Below, piece after piece: positions 14,044 through 33,060 of a stretch of DNA of 64,000 nt. The first letter of the stretch is position 1. The number at the start of each line of letters is the position of its first letter. A program made the translations under genes and the position numbers. Source of the DNA: Octopus vulgaris (taxonomy: Eukaryota); assembly GCA_951406725.2 (NCBI GenBank), contig OX597814.1:115196001-115260000 (forward strand), written 5' to 3'. Below the pieces are notes generated by a model. It was not told the origin of the DNA and made no database searches. It was given only the letters and a program-made list of their open reading frames with translations.

Positions 14044-14286
14044 ATATATATACATATGTATGTATATATATATATATATATATATACAAAATTAGAGAAT
14101 GGAGAAACATACTTAAATCAATAAAACATCAACTATCCGATGATACTCAATCCATACTTTAATACACCATTACATAGGAGTAAAGGCAATATATAAAATG
14201 AAATGAGATATACAGTAATAGTAAAAGTAAAAAGATAAAGAGATATAAGTAAAAAATTACAAATACAATATGCAAATAAATCAAAA

Positions 14287-14394
14287 CTGACAGCTGTTTC
14301 GGCAGTGAGGACAGTCATACCTCATTTAACCTATAAGCCATAAAGGCAGGTATAAATGAGGCATTAACAAAGATGCCCCACGGCCTCTTCAGAG
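14287..14394 (-). ncRNA. Type I hammerhead motif with enlarged stem II (left arm of the palindrome)
   Basis: Reverse complement of 17784-17891. Confidence 0.75.
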
Positions 14395-17300
14395 AATTAA
14401 ATTAAATTTGTTATAATAGTGAAAAATATTATATAATCATATACATATAAATATAAAAATATAAAAAAGTAAAATATAAAAACTTATACATCATAATGCT
14501 ACACTTGTATAATATAATACACATTTGTACAAAAAGGAAGGTAACCAGAACAAAATAAAACAAAATATATAACAGTGTATATATAATATTAATAAGTACC
14601 GATATCATACATATTTAGCTAATAGTTTTTTTTATAAAAAAAAAGGGCTAACACATATGGAGATGAAAAATAATAATAATTAAATCCGTGGTACAGTTCA
14701 TAAAATTCTAAAGCTATAAAAGTTAATAAAAATTACTATTAATAATAATTATAATAATAATAATAATAATAGTAATAATAATAAAAAATAATAAAAATAG
14801 ATACAGTTAAGTTATCACCAAGTCCATCCTTCCAAGATCGAAATAACTATGAGTTAAGAAATGCTGACCACTAGGTAAAGAAAATTTAGATTAATTCGAT
14901 TGGCTATTGGTTTGAAATTTAAATCACAAAAGAAAATTATACGGTTGGTTAGTCAGGGAACGCCAATATTCACACACGCATCTACAGATCAATCGCACAT
15001 ACACACATAGTTATATGTATATACATACACTTGTACATATACATAATCATAAGCAACAACTAACACTTAGATAAACAAATAGGGAAGCAACCATGCTAAC
15101 ACTAAGTCCTTCAAAATTATAACTGAGCCTCAATAACAAAAAAAGAACCATCCATGCATTCTATAAAATATTTAATTAAGATATAAATGTATTTTTAAAT
15201 ATCAGTATGTTACTAATTCAGATAATTATTTCATGGGTAACTTAAAATTTATAACACCGGTTTGTTGCAGAGTAAACATACGGTTGTTAGGTTTATCGTA
15301 AGTTTGTTATGATTTAAAGTACGCTAAATTATAAAATATAAAATATAAAATATATTAATTTAGATATTATAAATAAGTCACTTATTAACTTAATAAATAT
15401 AGTGCCAAAATATACCAGTTTAGGCAATAAAAAATAGAGGGGGAAGTATTAATGTAAACGCTTATGAGAACATCACAGAAATTTTAAATAAATTTTATAT
15501 TATAAAGACTTAAGATGAAAAGAGATAAAATAAATAAAAAGGAATAAATACGAAGGAATAAATACGGTTATACACATAATTATAAGTACAAACTAGTATA
15601 TATGTATTCATATATTATTAAAATTAAATAAAAATAAATGATAGATATGTATGTATAAAACTACACCAGTATAAGTAAATAAGTAAAGAATAAATAGGTA
15701 ACAAATTAAATGACTTGATATGTATGTAAACATCCACACTTAAATAGGCAAATAAATAAATAAATAGAAGACTAGATGCAAATATTGATAATATTACAAT
15801 AAAATGGGAAATAAATAAAAATAAATAAAGTGAATATATATATTTTATATTGTTGAAAGTAAATATGTATGGAAGGATAGTTTAAAGTACAGATCCAGAG
15901 GACTATAGATATAAACTAAATATATGAGGCTGGTAACAATTATAAAGCAAAATGCATGTAAATGAGAAAATGAAAAAAATGAAAAGGTTTATCAGTGAAT
16001 AGCATAAGATACAAATTAAGGTGAGTACAAAAAGACCAAATATATAATAAAAACCTTCCAAATCAGCACATACAAAAAACCCATAATCTCAACCTGGGTT
16101 TTTTGTATGTGCTGATTTGGAAGGTTTTTATTATATATTTGGTCTTTTTGTACTCACCTTAATTTGTATCTTATGCTATTCACTGATAAACCTTTTTCAT
16201 TTTTTTCATTTTCTCATTTACATGCATTTTGCTTTATAATTGTTACCAGCCTCATATATTTAGTTTATATCTATAGTCCTCTGGATCTGTACTTTAAACT
16301 ATCCTTCCATACATATTTACTTTCAACAATATAAAATATATATATTCACTTTATTTATTTTTATTTATTTCCCATTTTATTGTAATATTATCAATATTTG
16401 CATCTAGTCTTCTATTTATTTATTTATTTGCCTATTTAAGTGTGGATGTTTACATACATATCAAGTCATTTAATTTGTTACCTATTTATTCTTTACTTAT
16501 TTACTTATACTGGTGTAGTTTTATACATACATATCTATCATTTATTTTTATTTAATTTTAATAATATATGAATACATATATACTAGTTTGTACTTATAAT
16601 TATGTGTATAACCGTATTTATTCCTTCGTATTTATTCCTTTTTATTTATTTTATCTCTTTTCATCTTAAGTCTTTATAATATAAAATTTATTTAAAATTT
16701 CTGTGATGTTCTCATAAGCGTTTACATTAATACTTCCCCCTCTATTTTTTATTGCCTAAACTGGTATATTTTGGCACTATATTTATTAAGTTAATAAGTG
16801 ACTTATTTATAATATCTAAATTAATATATTTTATATTTTATATTTTATAATTTAGCGTACTTTAAATCATAACAAACTTACGATAAACCTAACAACCGTA
16901 TGTTTACTCTGCAACAAACCGGTGTTATAAATTTTAAGTTACCCATGAAATAATTATCTGAATTAGTAACATACTGATATTTAAAAATACATTTATATCT
17001 TAATTAAATATTTTATAGAATGCATGGATGGTTCTTTTTTTGTTATTGAGGCTCAGTTATAATTTTGAAGGACTTAGTGTTAGCATGGTTGCTTCCCTAT
17101 TTGTTTATCTAAGTGTTAGTTGTTGCTTATGATTATGTATATGTACAAGTGTATGTATATACATATAACTATGTGTGTATGTGCGATTGATCTGTAGATG
17201 CGTGTGTGAATATTGGCGTTCCCTGACTAACCAACCGTATAATTTTCTTTTGTGATTTAAATTTCAAACCAATAGCCAATCGAATTAATCTAAATTTTCT

Positions 17301-17783
17301 TTACCTAGTGGTCAGCATTTCTTAACTCATAGTTATTTCGATCTTGGAAGGATGGACTTGGTGATAACTTAACTGTATCTATTTTTATTATTTTTTATTA
17401 TTATTACTATTATTATTATTATTATTATAATTATTATTAATAGTAATTTTTATTAACTTTTATAGCTTTAGAATTTTATGAACTGTACCACGGATTTAAT
17501 TATTATTATTTTTCATCTCCATATGTGTTAGCCCTTTTTTTTATAAAAAAAACTATTAGCTAAATATGTATGATATCGGTACTTATTAATATTATATATA
17601 CACTGTTATATATTTTGTTTTATTTTGTTCTGGTTACCTTCCTTTTTGTACAAATGTGTATTATATTATACAAGTGTAGCATTATGATGTATAAGTTTTT
17701 ATATTTTACTTTTTTATATTTTTATATTTATATGTATATGATTATATAATATTTTTCACTATTATAACAAATTTAATTTAATT

Positions 17784-17891
17784 CTCTGAAGAGGCCGTGG
17801 GGCATCTTTGTTAATGCCTCATTTATACCTGCCTTTATGGCTTATAGGTTAAATGAGATATGACTGTCCTCACTGCCGAAACAGCTGTCAG
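17784..17891 (+). ncRNA. Type I hammerhead motif with enlarged stem II (right arm of the palindrome)
   Basis: CT-CTGAAGA(17786-92)-GGCCGTGGGG...CCTCACTGCC-GAAA(17878-81)-CAGCTG-TC-AG. Core intact, palindromic stem III CAGCTG, GUC cleavage triplet. Internal hairpin CTCATTTA.ACCT/AGGT.TAAATGAG lies inside stem II. Stem I is short and imperfect. Confidence 0.78.
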
Positions 17892-18267
17892 TTTTGATTT
17901 ATTTGCATATTATATTTGTAATTTTTTACTTATATCTCTTTATCTTTTTACTTTTACTATTACTGTATATCTCATTTCATTTTATATATTGCCTTTACTC
18001 CTATGTAATGGTGTATTAAAGTATGGATTGAGTATCATCGGATAGTTGATGTTTTATTGATTTAAGTATGTTTCTCCATTCTCTAATTTTGTATTATTAA
18101 TTTACGGTAATATTATTACCCTTACCCATTTAATACAATAGATGAACTGATTGCTTGACAATTTCTAACATCTATGTATTAATTTTGTTGGGTACCTATC
18201 TAGCAGTATATTGGATATATATTATCCCATGGTGGGTTGAATTTTCAACCCCTATCTCATTTTATAA

Positions 18268-18301
<34 letters not shown>

Positions 18302-18349
18302 GGCCACAGCTCGTGAGCTGAAACTAGAATCAATCAATCATATCATATG

Positions 18350-18420
<71 letters not shown>

Positions 18421-18424
18421 GGGG

Positions 18425-19470
<1,046 letters not shown>

Positions 19471-19481
19471 TATATATTTTG

Positions 19482-19754
<273 letters not shown>

Positions 19755-19809
19755 TATATATATATATATATATATATGTTTATATATGTTTATATATATA
19801 TATATGTAT

Positions 19810-19869
<60 letters not shown>

Positions 19870-19871
<2 letters not shown>

Positions 19872-21104
19872 ATCTCGACTTTGCAAAAGCCTTTGAAAAG
19901 GTCGACCACGGTATGATCTGTCACAAACTGCATGGTCTCGGCAAAGGCGGAAAACTTGGAGAGTGGCTGCACAACTTCCTAAAAGACAGAAAACAGGCAG
20001 TTGTGAGCAATGGAGCCACCTCCAAGGAAACACAAATAACAAGCGGTGTCCCACAGGGCACTGTCTTGGGGTCACTGATATTCATAGTGGCCCTTTCAGA
20101 CATGCCTTCAGTTGCTACGATGACCACCCTTGCTGGCTATGCAGATGATACAAAAGTCTCCCACGCATTACAAAACCCTGAAAATATTGCGCATCTGCAA
20201 CATGAGTTGGATACAATATACAGGTGGGCTGAGGACAACAACATGCAGTTTAATGCAGGTAAGTTCCAGGCCCTTGCACACAAGGGTAAACGACGTAAAG
20301 ACTGGATACACTAGCCCAGGAAGAATTACAATCCCTGAGTTAAAATCAGTGCGTGACCTGGGCATTCACATGAGCAATGATGCATCTTTCTAAGTGCATA
20401 TTGCTAATCTGGTGATAAAATGCAGACGGCTAGCTGGATGGATTCTCCGAACTTTCAGAACGAGAGAGAAAGAGACACTGATGGTCCTATGGAAAACATT
20501 CGTCCTTAGCCGCTTGGACTACTGTGGTCACCACACAATATAAGACTAACAGCAGAACTCGAAGCAATTCAGAGAAGCTACACAAAGAAAATCGTCTCAA
20601 TACAAAATATCAGCTACTGGGAAAGACTGAAGGTATTAAACCTCTTCTCCCTAGAGCGGAGGCGGGAGAGATATGCGGTGATATACATCTGGAAAATCCT
20701 GGAGGGTCTTGTCCCAAACTTTGGCATTCAAAGTTACCCCAACCGCAGAACGGGGCGCCACTGCATGGTGCCAAATATTCCAACATCACCATCAAAATAC
20801 AGGTCCAGATACTGCAACAGCTTACGTTTCAGAGGACCACAGCTCTTTAACATCCTCCCTAAATGCCTGAGAGATTTACATGGTGTGGATGTGGGTTTCT
20901 TTAAAACTAAACTGGATTTCTTCTTGTCGGGAGTCCCAGATGAACCTACCTCACGACAAGAGACGCAGATGCGGGCAGGATCTTCGAACTCCCTTGTTGA
21001 TGAAGTGCCACGTATCAGAGGTGGATTCACAAATTAGTGTAGCTCATTCAGCGGTGGTGCCCCAGCATGGCCGCGGCCTTCGAGCTAAAGCATTTTTTTA
21101 AGGA
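19870..21104 (+). mobile_element. CR1/L2-group LINE copy B, 3' part (RT and 3' UTR)
   Basis: [18 protein letters not shown] motifs. Resumes within a few bases of where 12028-13708 stops relative to copy A; contains stops and small deletions. Confidence 0.93.
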
Positions 21105-21247
21105 TATATACAAATGTATATATATACATATATATATATATACATACATATATACATACAGACATACATATATACATGTTCCACGTCCTCGCGTTGCTGT
21201 GTTTTTTTTTTCTCTTTTTTCCTGTGTTTTCTTGTTTGGATTAACTT

Positions 21248-25760
<4,513 letters not shown>

Positions 25761-26286
25761 TTTTTTTATACCTGCATATATATATATTGCTTATGTGTGT
25801 GACAGTTAAAGCATAAAATCACAAGTAAAACGTAATCTCTTTGACAGCCCAAGGCTATTCATTACCATTGAACTTAACTATGAATACATATAACAAACAG
25901 CTGATCTGCTGTAGATAAAAGAAAGAAACGAAGGCACGAAATGTCAGCTTTGCTGGAAAAAAATCTATCGAAGAGAAAAATATCAGGAGCCAAGTCACGT
26001 GATACTAGATGCTAAATATGCCCAAGAATTTTAGTTTCAAAGAGTAAAAAAAGAAAGCATTGCGAGCTTCCTGCTTTTTGTTGTTTTTCTTGTATTTTTT
26101 CTGTGCTAAGATTAAGCTTGGATCTCTCGTATGTGTGTTTATTGGTTTGTTCTGTTCCTCAAAGTGTCAAATAATTGTAAAATATGTTGTTAGATGCGAA
26201 ATAATAAATCTATTTTTAATAACTGCGAACCCCCATGTAAACACATGCAGATGACTAGCCAGCTAGTGCGTTTTTCCAGTAATGCG

Positions 26287-26339
<53 letters not shown>

Positions 26340-26591
26340 CGTAAGATATACATAGGGTAGCGAATATTTTTAGAAATTTCACCACCAGTGGCCTAGCATG
26401 TATAAAAAGTCAATAGACAACATATTCTCAATATAAAATAGTGTACATTTAAACACAAGAGAACACTACCTTCAACAGCTCGTTTTTACATGCTAGAAGC
26501 AGCAGTCGAAACGACCAAAACCACATTTTACTGCATTTTTGGAAGGGAATGAAAAGTAAAAACTTTCACTTTGTTATATTTTTACGGTTAA

Positions 26592-26640
<49 letters not shown>

Positions 26641-26655
26641 CATAGATATATATAT

Positions 26656-26724
<69 letters not shown>

Positions 26725-26726
<2 letters not shown>

Positions 26727-27737
26727 TGTTTCTTTATTAGCCACACAGGGCTGCACACAGACAGGACAAATTACAAGGTAGAGCTTTTCTTTTGGAGGTA
26801 AAAAAAAGGGGGTTTGGTTTTCGATCAAAAGGGATCGTAAAAGGAAAGAAAGAGGACAAAAAAGGGGGGGATAAAATTTTATAAAAAAAAGGTGGTGGGG
26901 AAAGGGAAAGGAAAAAATAATTGATCAATAGGTATCGTTATCACAGAAATGTCAATATAAAGTGTAAAGGGGAGGACAGGTGAGGTTTACCCGTGGAAAG
27001 AAAAGCCTACGGAAAAGACCACGGTAACCTCGGTCAATGAAGTCACATATTTATATTTCTTTTTTTGCAAATAAGCAACTCTCTGTATTAATTTTTACGG
27101 TTCATAGAATCATAGTCAAGGTGGCTTCGTCATTCATACGTGCCATCCTTGCTACATTCACCCATCTTTTTTTAAAACATTCACTAGACAAAACTTGCCT
27201 CTCTATTCTCGCTTTCCTCTTCAAGTGATACTTGAAGAAATTGATGAGAGATTGACCAGAGAGGAAAGTGTTTATCTCTAATCCTTTCAGGCGCGTCCAC
27301 CAGATACATTCTTTCGCCATAGCCACAAGTATGATAAAAATAGCTCTTCCTTCCCGTTTGAAGGAAGGAGGCGTGGCGATATTAACGATAGACTCGGCTG
27401 ATAAACCGAACGTCCCACACGTGACAGCAGTCGTTCGACATAAGCCCACAGGTCGGAGATTGTTGGACACTGCACGATTGCGTGCAGAGCGGTTTCGTCG
27501 CTCTGCCCGCATCTCGCGCAGGTCGGCCCCGTGTTTCTCGAGCCATGCCTATAGAGCTTATCCCGAACGGGTAGCGCTTCTCGGTAGCACCGCCAGGCCA
27601 GGGATCTCTGGAAGTTATCCATAGGTCCCGGCCCGAATGTCGTTTCAAACAGGCGGGTCAGGTATTCTTCGTCGACGCCCAGGTTTGCCCCAAGATCGTC
27701 GTCGTACCTCCCCTCCACTAATCCCCTATAGAATGCT
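26725..27737 (-). mobile_element. Tx1/L1-group non-LTR retrotransposon, 5'-truncated copy 1
   Basis: SLAWRCYREALPVRDKL...CARCGQSDETALHAIVQCP (zf-RVT-like CCHC C-terminus). The 3' end GTGGCTAATAAAGAAAC runs into (TATC)n; (GATA)n on both sides. Confidence 0.85.
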
Positions 27738-27820
<83 letters not shown>

Positions 27821-27824
<4 letters not shown>

Positions 27825-28513
27825 CTTCCTTTATTGGCCACACAGGGCTGAACACAGAGGGGACAAATATAAATGTAGAGCTTTTCTGTTCAAAATGAAA
27901 GAGAAAAAGCGGAAAAATAAAAAAAACAAGTAAAATTCCGATCAAAAGGGGTAGGGAAAACAAAGGCGATCAAAAGGGATCGTGTATCACAGAAGAAATT
28001 TTTAAAATGTAAGAAGCAAGATTAGGTTTATCCGTTGAAAGAAAAGCCTACAGAAAAGACGGTAACCTCAGGCAGGGCGGTAATAAACACTTGAGAGCAA
28101 AGTGCACTCTTTCGATTTATAGGATCATGCTCAAAGTGGTTTCGTCGCTCGCACGCACCATCTTTGCTACATTCATCCACCTTTTTTTTTTTTGAAACTT
28201 TCACGAGACAACACCTGCCTCTCCATTCTCACATTCCTTTTCAAGTGGTGCTTGAAAAAGTTCATGAGCGACTGGCCAGAGAGGTAAGTGTTTGTCTCTA
28301 ATCCTTTCGCTCGAGTCCACCACACACATTCTTTCACCATGTCCACCAGTACGATGAAGACTGCCTTGCCTTCCCGGTTAAGGGAAGGTGGCGGAGCAAC
28401 TTCCAAGACAGACTCGGCCGACAGGCGGACTCGTCCCACATATGACAGCAGCCGTTCGGCATAAGCCCACCACAGGTCCGAAATAATTGGACAAATGTTT
28501 TTGTCGCTCGTGC
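27821..28513 (-). mobile_element. Tx1/L1-group copy 2 (5'-truncated)
   Basis: Homologous to copy 1 (KECVWWTRAKGLETNTYLSGQSLMNFFKHHLKR). The 3' end abuts (GATA)n at 27738-27822. Confidence 0.85.
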
Positions 28514-28522
28514 AAGATAGAT

Positions 28523-29530
28523 AAGTTTCTTTATTAGCCACACAGGGCAAACTGAGAAGGGACAAAATACAATGTAGAGATTTTCTTTTCGAAAATAGAA
28601 AAAAAATGAGAAAAATAAAATTCCGATCAAAGGGATCGTGAGAAAAAAAAACGATCAAAAGGCATGGTGTTTCACAGAAAAAATTTTAAAAGTGTGAAAA
28701 GCAAGATCACGTCAACCTCAGGCAGGGAGGGATTAAACACTTGAGACCAAAGTGCTCTCTCTCTTTTTTCGATTTACAGGATCATGCTCAAAGTGGTTTC
28801 ATCACCAACACGCACCATCTTTGCTACACTCACCCATTGAAACATTCACGAGACAAAATTTGCCTCTCTATTCTCAGCTTCCTTTTCAAGTGGTACTTGA
28901 AAAAGTTCATGAGCGATTGGCCAGAGAGGTAAGTGTTTGTCTCTAATCCTTTCACTTGAGTCCACCACACAGATTCTTTCACCATGGCTACCTGTACGAT
29001 GAAGACTGCCTTGCCTTCCTGGTTGAGGGGAGGTAGCGGAGCAATTGTCACAATAGACTCGGCCGACAGGCGGACTCGTCCCACACGTGACAGCAGCCGT
29101 TCGGTTTAAGCTCACAGGTTGGACACTGCACGAGTGCGTGCAGAACGGTTTCATCGTTCTGACCGCATCTCGGACAAGTCGGTCCGGTGTGTCTCGAACC
29201 GTGCCTGTAATGCTTATCCCGAACGGGTAATGCTTCTCAGTAACACTATCAGGCTAGGGATCTCTGGTAATTGCCCATAGGTCCCGGCCCTAAAGCTGTC
29301 CTGAACAGGCGGGTCAGGTGTTCCTCGTTGTAGCCCAGATTCTGCCCGAGAGCGTCATCGCACCGCCCTTCTACTAATCCTCTATAGGACGCCTTTGTGG
29401 AATTCAAGTCGCACAGGTTTGGTCCCGGACGGCAGAGTTGCTTGAGAGCAACGCGGCACTCACGGTGCCATTCGCCTAGCCTCGGTCTCTGTTTGATCCA
29501 CGACTGCAGTTCGGCCAAAGAGACGAGCTG
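28523..29530 (-). mobile_element. Tx1/L1-group copy 3 (5'-truncated)
   Basis: Homologous to copies 1 and 2 (ORFs 28830-29084, 29249-29518). The 3' end abuts a short AGATAGATA. Confidence 0.85.
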
Positions 29531-30049
29531 CGGGATGGATGGATGGATGGATGGATGGACGGACGGACGGACGGACGGACGGACGGTCGGACGAACGGAT
29601 GGATGGATGGATGGTTGGTTGGTTGGTTGGTTGGTTGGATAAATTTGTGTATTCTACAGATTATTAATGGCATAAATTTTGTCAATTCTTGATGAATGAC
29701 ATCACCTAGGTAGGCGTTAAATGATACATATTCAGCCATTGCTACGTAGCAAGTACACCTCCGAAATAATGATTTAGCTATAAAGCCAAATTTTCTTATC
29801 TTTGATTGTATAATAAATTCATTCGTTCTGAATACATTAATTTTAATCCACTTTTTTAATCCACTTAGTTACTGTGAATATTTTCATTATTATTGAAATT
29901 AATTTCAATATTGGAGGAAAATTGTAATCATTTGTAGAGTTATTTGAAACAAGGTTTCCTCATCTCATGATACACTGGTGTGCTGTAAAATACATGTATT
30001 TAACGTATAACATTGAAAGAATTGACGATAGTCTATGTTCTAATTATGC

Positions 30050-30400
30050 TAAAAACTACGGCTTTAAGTTCAATATAATATTAAAGTCTAGTTTTTTAAA
30101 AACTAGCGTTCAGTTTTTGGACTCAAAAGTTATGTTTTCTGGAGGCAAAATAATGACAGATTTATTTTGCAAAACCCCGTCATCCCACATTTACCTCTGC
30201 CGCTGCTCTGATCATCCACATTATATATTTCGGTTAAATCCGAAATCCTAAATTTTGAGAATAAAACGGATTTGTACTGACATAGGGGATTATTGGAAAC
30301 ATGCAAATGCTTTATGTCAAACGCGGTTACATTGAATCATGATTAAAGGAAATCGCAAATGACAGCGAAAATTAAGAAAGTCAAACTTCTACGCATAATT
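30050..30400 (+). mobile_element. Penelope-like element RT C-terminal fragment, decayed
   Basis: VQFLDSKV...IMTDLFCKTPSSHIYL..CSDHP.Y....PKS*ILRIKRIC matches the PLE FLD..TD...KPT....YL...S.HP...R..RIC pattern. Confidence 0.7.
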
Positions 30401-30448
30401 TTACTGGAAGTTGGATTAGGCTCCTACCGCCTTCCTTTCGTAGGATTA

Positions 30449-30480
<32 letters not shown>

Positions 30481-31736
30481 GTTGTTGTTTTTGTGAGAGC
30501 AGCATACATCATGAAGTGACACTAGAATCGTTAGCACGCCGGTTAAAATGCTTAGCGGCATTTCGTCCGTCTTTACGTTTCGAGTTAAAATTCCGTCGAT
30601 GACGACTTTGCCTTTCATCAATTCGGGACCGATAAAATGAGTACTAGTTGAGCATTAGGGTCAACTAAACCCCTCCCTGAACTTACTCTCCCTGTGCCCA
30701 AATTTTAAATCAACACTATAACTGCCGCTATGAAGTTATAGAATTCTGCTGAAGATGTGTATATATATATATATATAAGTTCAGTAAAAATTTAGATTCA
30801 GTTGAATATGGTACTTAAGTTAAAGGCTCCAGAATTTGGTATGGTATTATCCATATAATTCAAAATGGGGCGATTACAATCAAAATAAGCAACAAGGATA
30901 TCCAGAGGTAATGCAGTACGATCGTTTCATGCGACTCCATTTAATTGAACAATGAAAGTATTACATCAGTTTTAAAATGTAGAGCAAAGTCTCTTGCTTT
31001 AGAAAAAGCGCAAATTTCACAATATTCCATACCGCATTCCCAAACAAAATAGAGCATTTAATTCTGCTGAACTTAAGCTACTACAATTTAATTTACCATA
31101 ATCCCTATAGAACGTAGAAAATAATTCTAAATGGACCGAAGTGAAATATAGATTGGAACTGTGAAATGACATCAACAGCTTCTTTCGAGAAAATATGAGC
31201 ATGAAAACTGCCATTTAAAACCTCATAATTACCTGGTTTAATATGTGCATAAGATATATTATCAATTTTACTGTTCCTAATTGTACACCTGACATAAATA
31301 AAAAAAAAAAAGGAAGAGAATCAAACGTTATCGATATTCCGATCTATTTTATTTAGAGGTCAATATATTTTATATCACATAAGATAGTTTTACATATGCA
31401 TGCATCCCATCAAGCAGTTTTTTTAATAGACAGAACAAACACATGCTATACACACACACACACTCAATCGCATACACACGCGCAAATACACATATGCATA
31501 CACTTGCACGCATATATGCATATATTTATGTGTGTGAATCAGTTAGATGTGCATATATGTATATATACATTTATATAGGTGTGTGTGAGTGTGTGTCTGT
31601 GCGTATGCTCGTACCTGTGTGTGTATGCTCGTGCCTGTAAGTGTATGTTTGTGCATGTATGTGTATGCTTGGGCATGTATGTGTATGCGCGCGCATAATT
31701 TAGACTATATATATATATTAGTCTGAACTATTACGA

Positions 31737-31772
31737 CTGTCTGATGAACAGTTACATGAAACAGAGTAACAC
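31737..31772 (+). ncRNA. Decayed type I hammerhead motif, same family as 54408
   Basis: TGT-CTGATGA-ACA gtta CAT-GAAA-CAGAG-TA-ACA. Stem II is broken by two changes consistent with CpG decay of ACG/CGT. Confidence 0.55.
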
Positions 31773-31825
31773 TTTGTGAAGCTTTTCGGCTTCAATAAAA
31801 TAGGATGTGTGTGTGTGTGTGTATG

Positions 31826-32112
31826 GAGGCGCATTGGCCCAGTGGTTAGGGCAGCGGACTCGCGGTCGTAGGATCGCGGTTTCAATTCCCAGACCGGGCG
31901 TTGTGAGTGTTTATTGAGCGAAAACACCTAAAGCTCCACGAGGCTCTCGCAGGGGGGTGGCAACCCTGCTGTACTCTTTCGCCACAACTTTCTCTCACTC
32001 TTTTTTCTGTTGGTCTGCTCGCTTAGCCAGCGGGGTGGTGTTATTTGAAGGCTAAAACAATGCGAAGCGCATTGTGACCAGCGACGTGTAGCAACATCTG
32101 ATAGCCTGGTCG
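31826..32112 (+). mobile_element. tRNA-derived SINE family 3
   Basis: Same head and body as 18425-18770 but a different 3' module. Confidence 0.8.
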
Positions 32113-32357
32113 TTGAGTTAAGCTGAGGATGACAAGTATAAGTTATAATGAATTCGTTGAAGATGTAAGACTCTTCCTGAAGTTATATATTTTTATATTC
32201 TTTTATTCTTTTTATTCTTCTACTTGGAGAGGAACAAATCGACCCCATAACTTGTTTCTTAAGCCAAGTACTTAGTCTATCATCTCTTTTGACGAACCGC
32301 TAGGTTATAGGAACGTCAACACACGAACACCGACTGTCAAGCGGTGATGGGGGAACA

Positions 32358-32412
<55 letters not shown>

Positions 32413-32957
32413 CGGCCTTCTTTCAGTTTCCGTCTAACAAGTTCAATCACAAGGCTTTGGTCAACCCGAGGCTATAGTAGAAGACATATGCTCAAGGTGC
32501 CACGCAGTGGGACTGAACCTGAAACCATGAGGTTGGGAAGCAATTTATAATATATATATATATATGTACGGATGTATGTGTATGTATGCATGTAAGAATT
32601 ATTTTATTAGCAGGAAGATCTGCAGAAGTAAATTTGGGTTATCATGGGGACGTAAACAAACCGACATCGGTTGTTAAATGATGGTGGGGGGACAAACACA
32701 GTCACATAAACATATATATATACAGACACACGGCTTCTTTCAGTTTCCATCTACCAAATCCACTCACAAGGCTTTGGTCGGCCCGAGGCTATAGTAGAAG
32801 ACATTTGCCCAAGGTGCCACGCATTGGACTGAACCCGGAACCATGTGATTGGTAAGCAAGCTACTTACCACACAGTTACTTCATATGTATATATAAAAGT
32901 CATTAAAGCAAATTTATATACTCTGTTCATGCTGAATAATATACAATATATATATAT

Positions 32958-33005
<48 letters not shown>

Positions 33006-33025
33006 ATATATATATATATAAATAC

Positions 33026-33060
<35 letters not shown>

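Larger units (their letters stand above)
14084..18094. repeat. 4-kb near-perfect inverted repeat: arms 14084-16083 and 16095-18094, 11-nt spacer
   Basis: Centre ...TACAAAAAACCCA taatctcaacc TGGGTTTTTTGTA...; ends ATACAAAATTAGAGAATGG and CCATTCTCTAATTTTGTAT. Mirror ORFs at 14133-14318(-) and 17860-18045(+). Spot checks found 2 substitutions and 2 homopolymer indels. Confidence 0.97.

Noticed and set aside
14133-14318. Duplicated 61-aa ORF (mirror at 17860-18045)
   Set aside because: By-product of the palindrome; low-complexity hydrophobic translation of AT-rich DNA.
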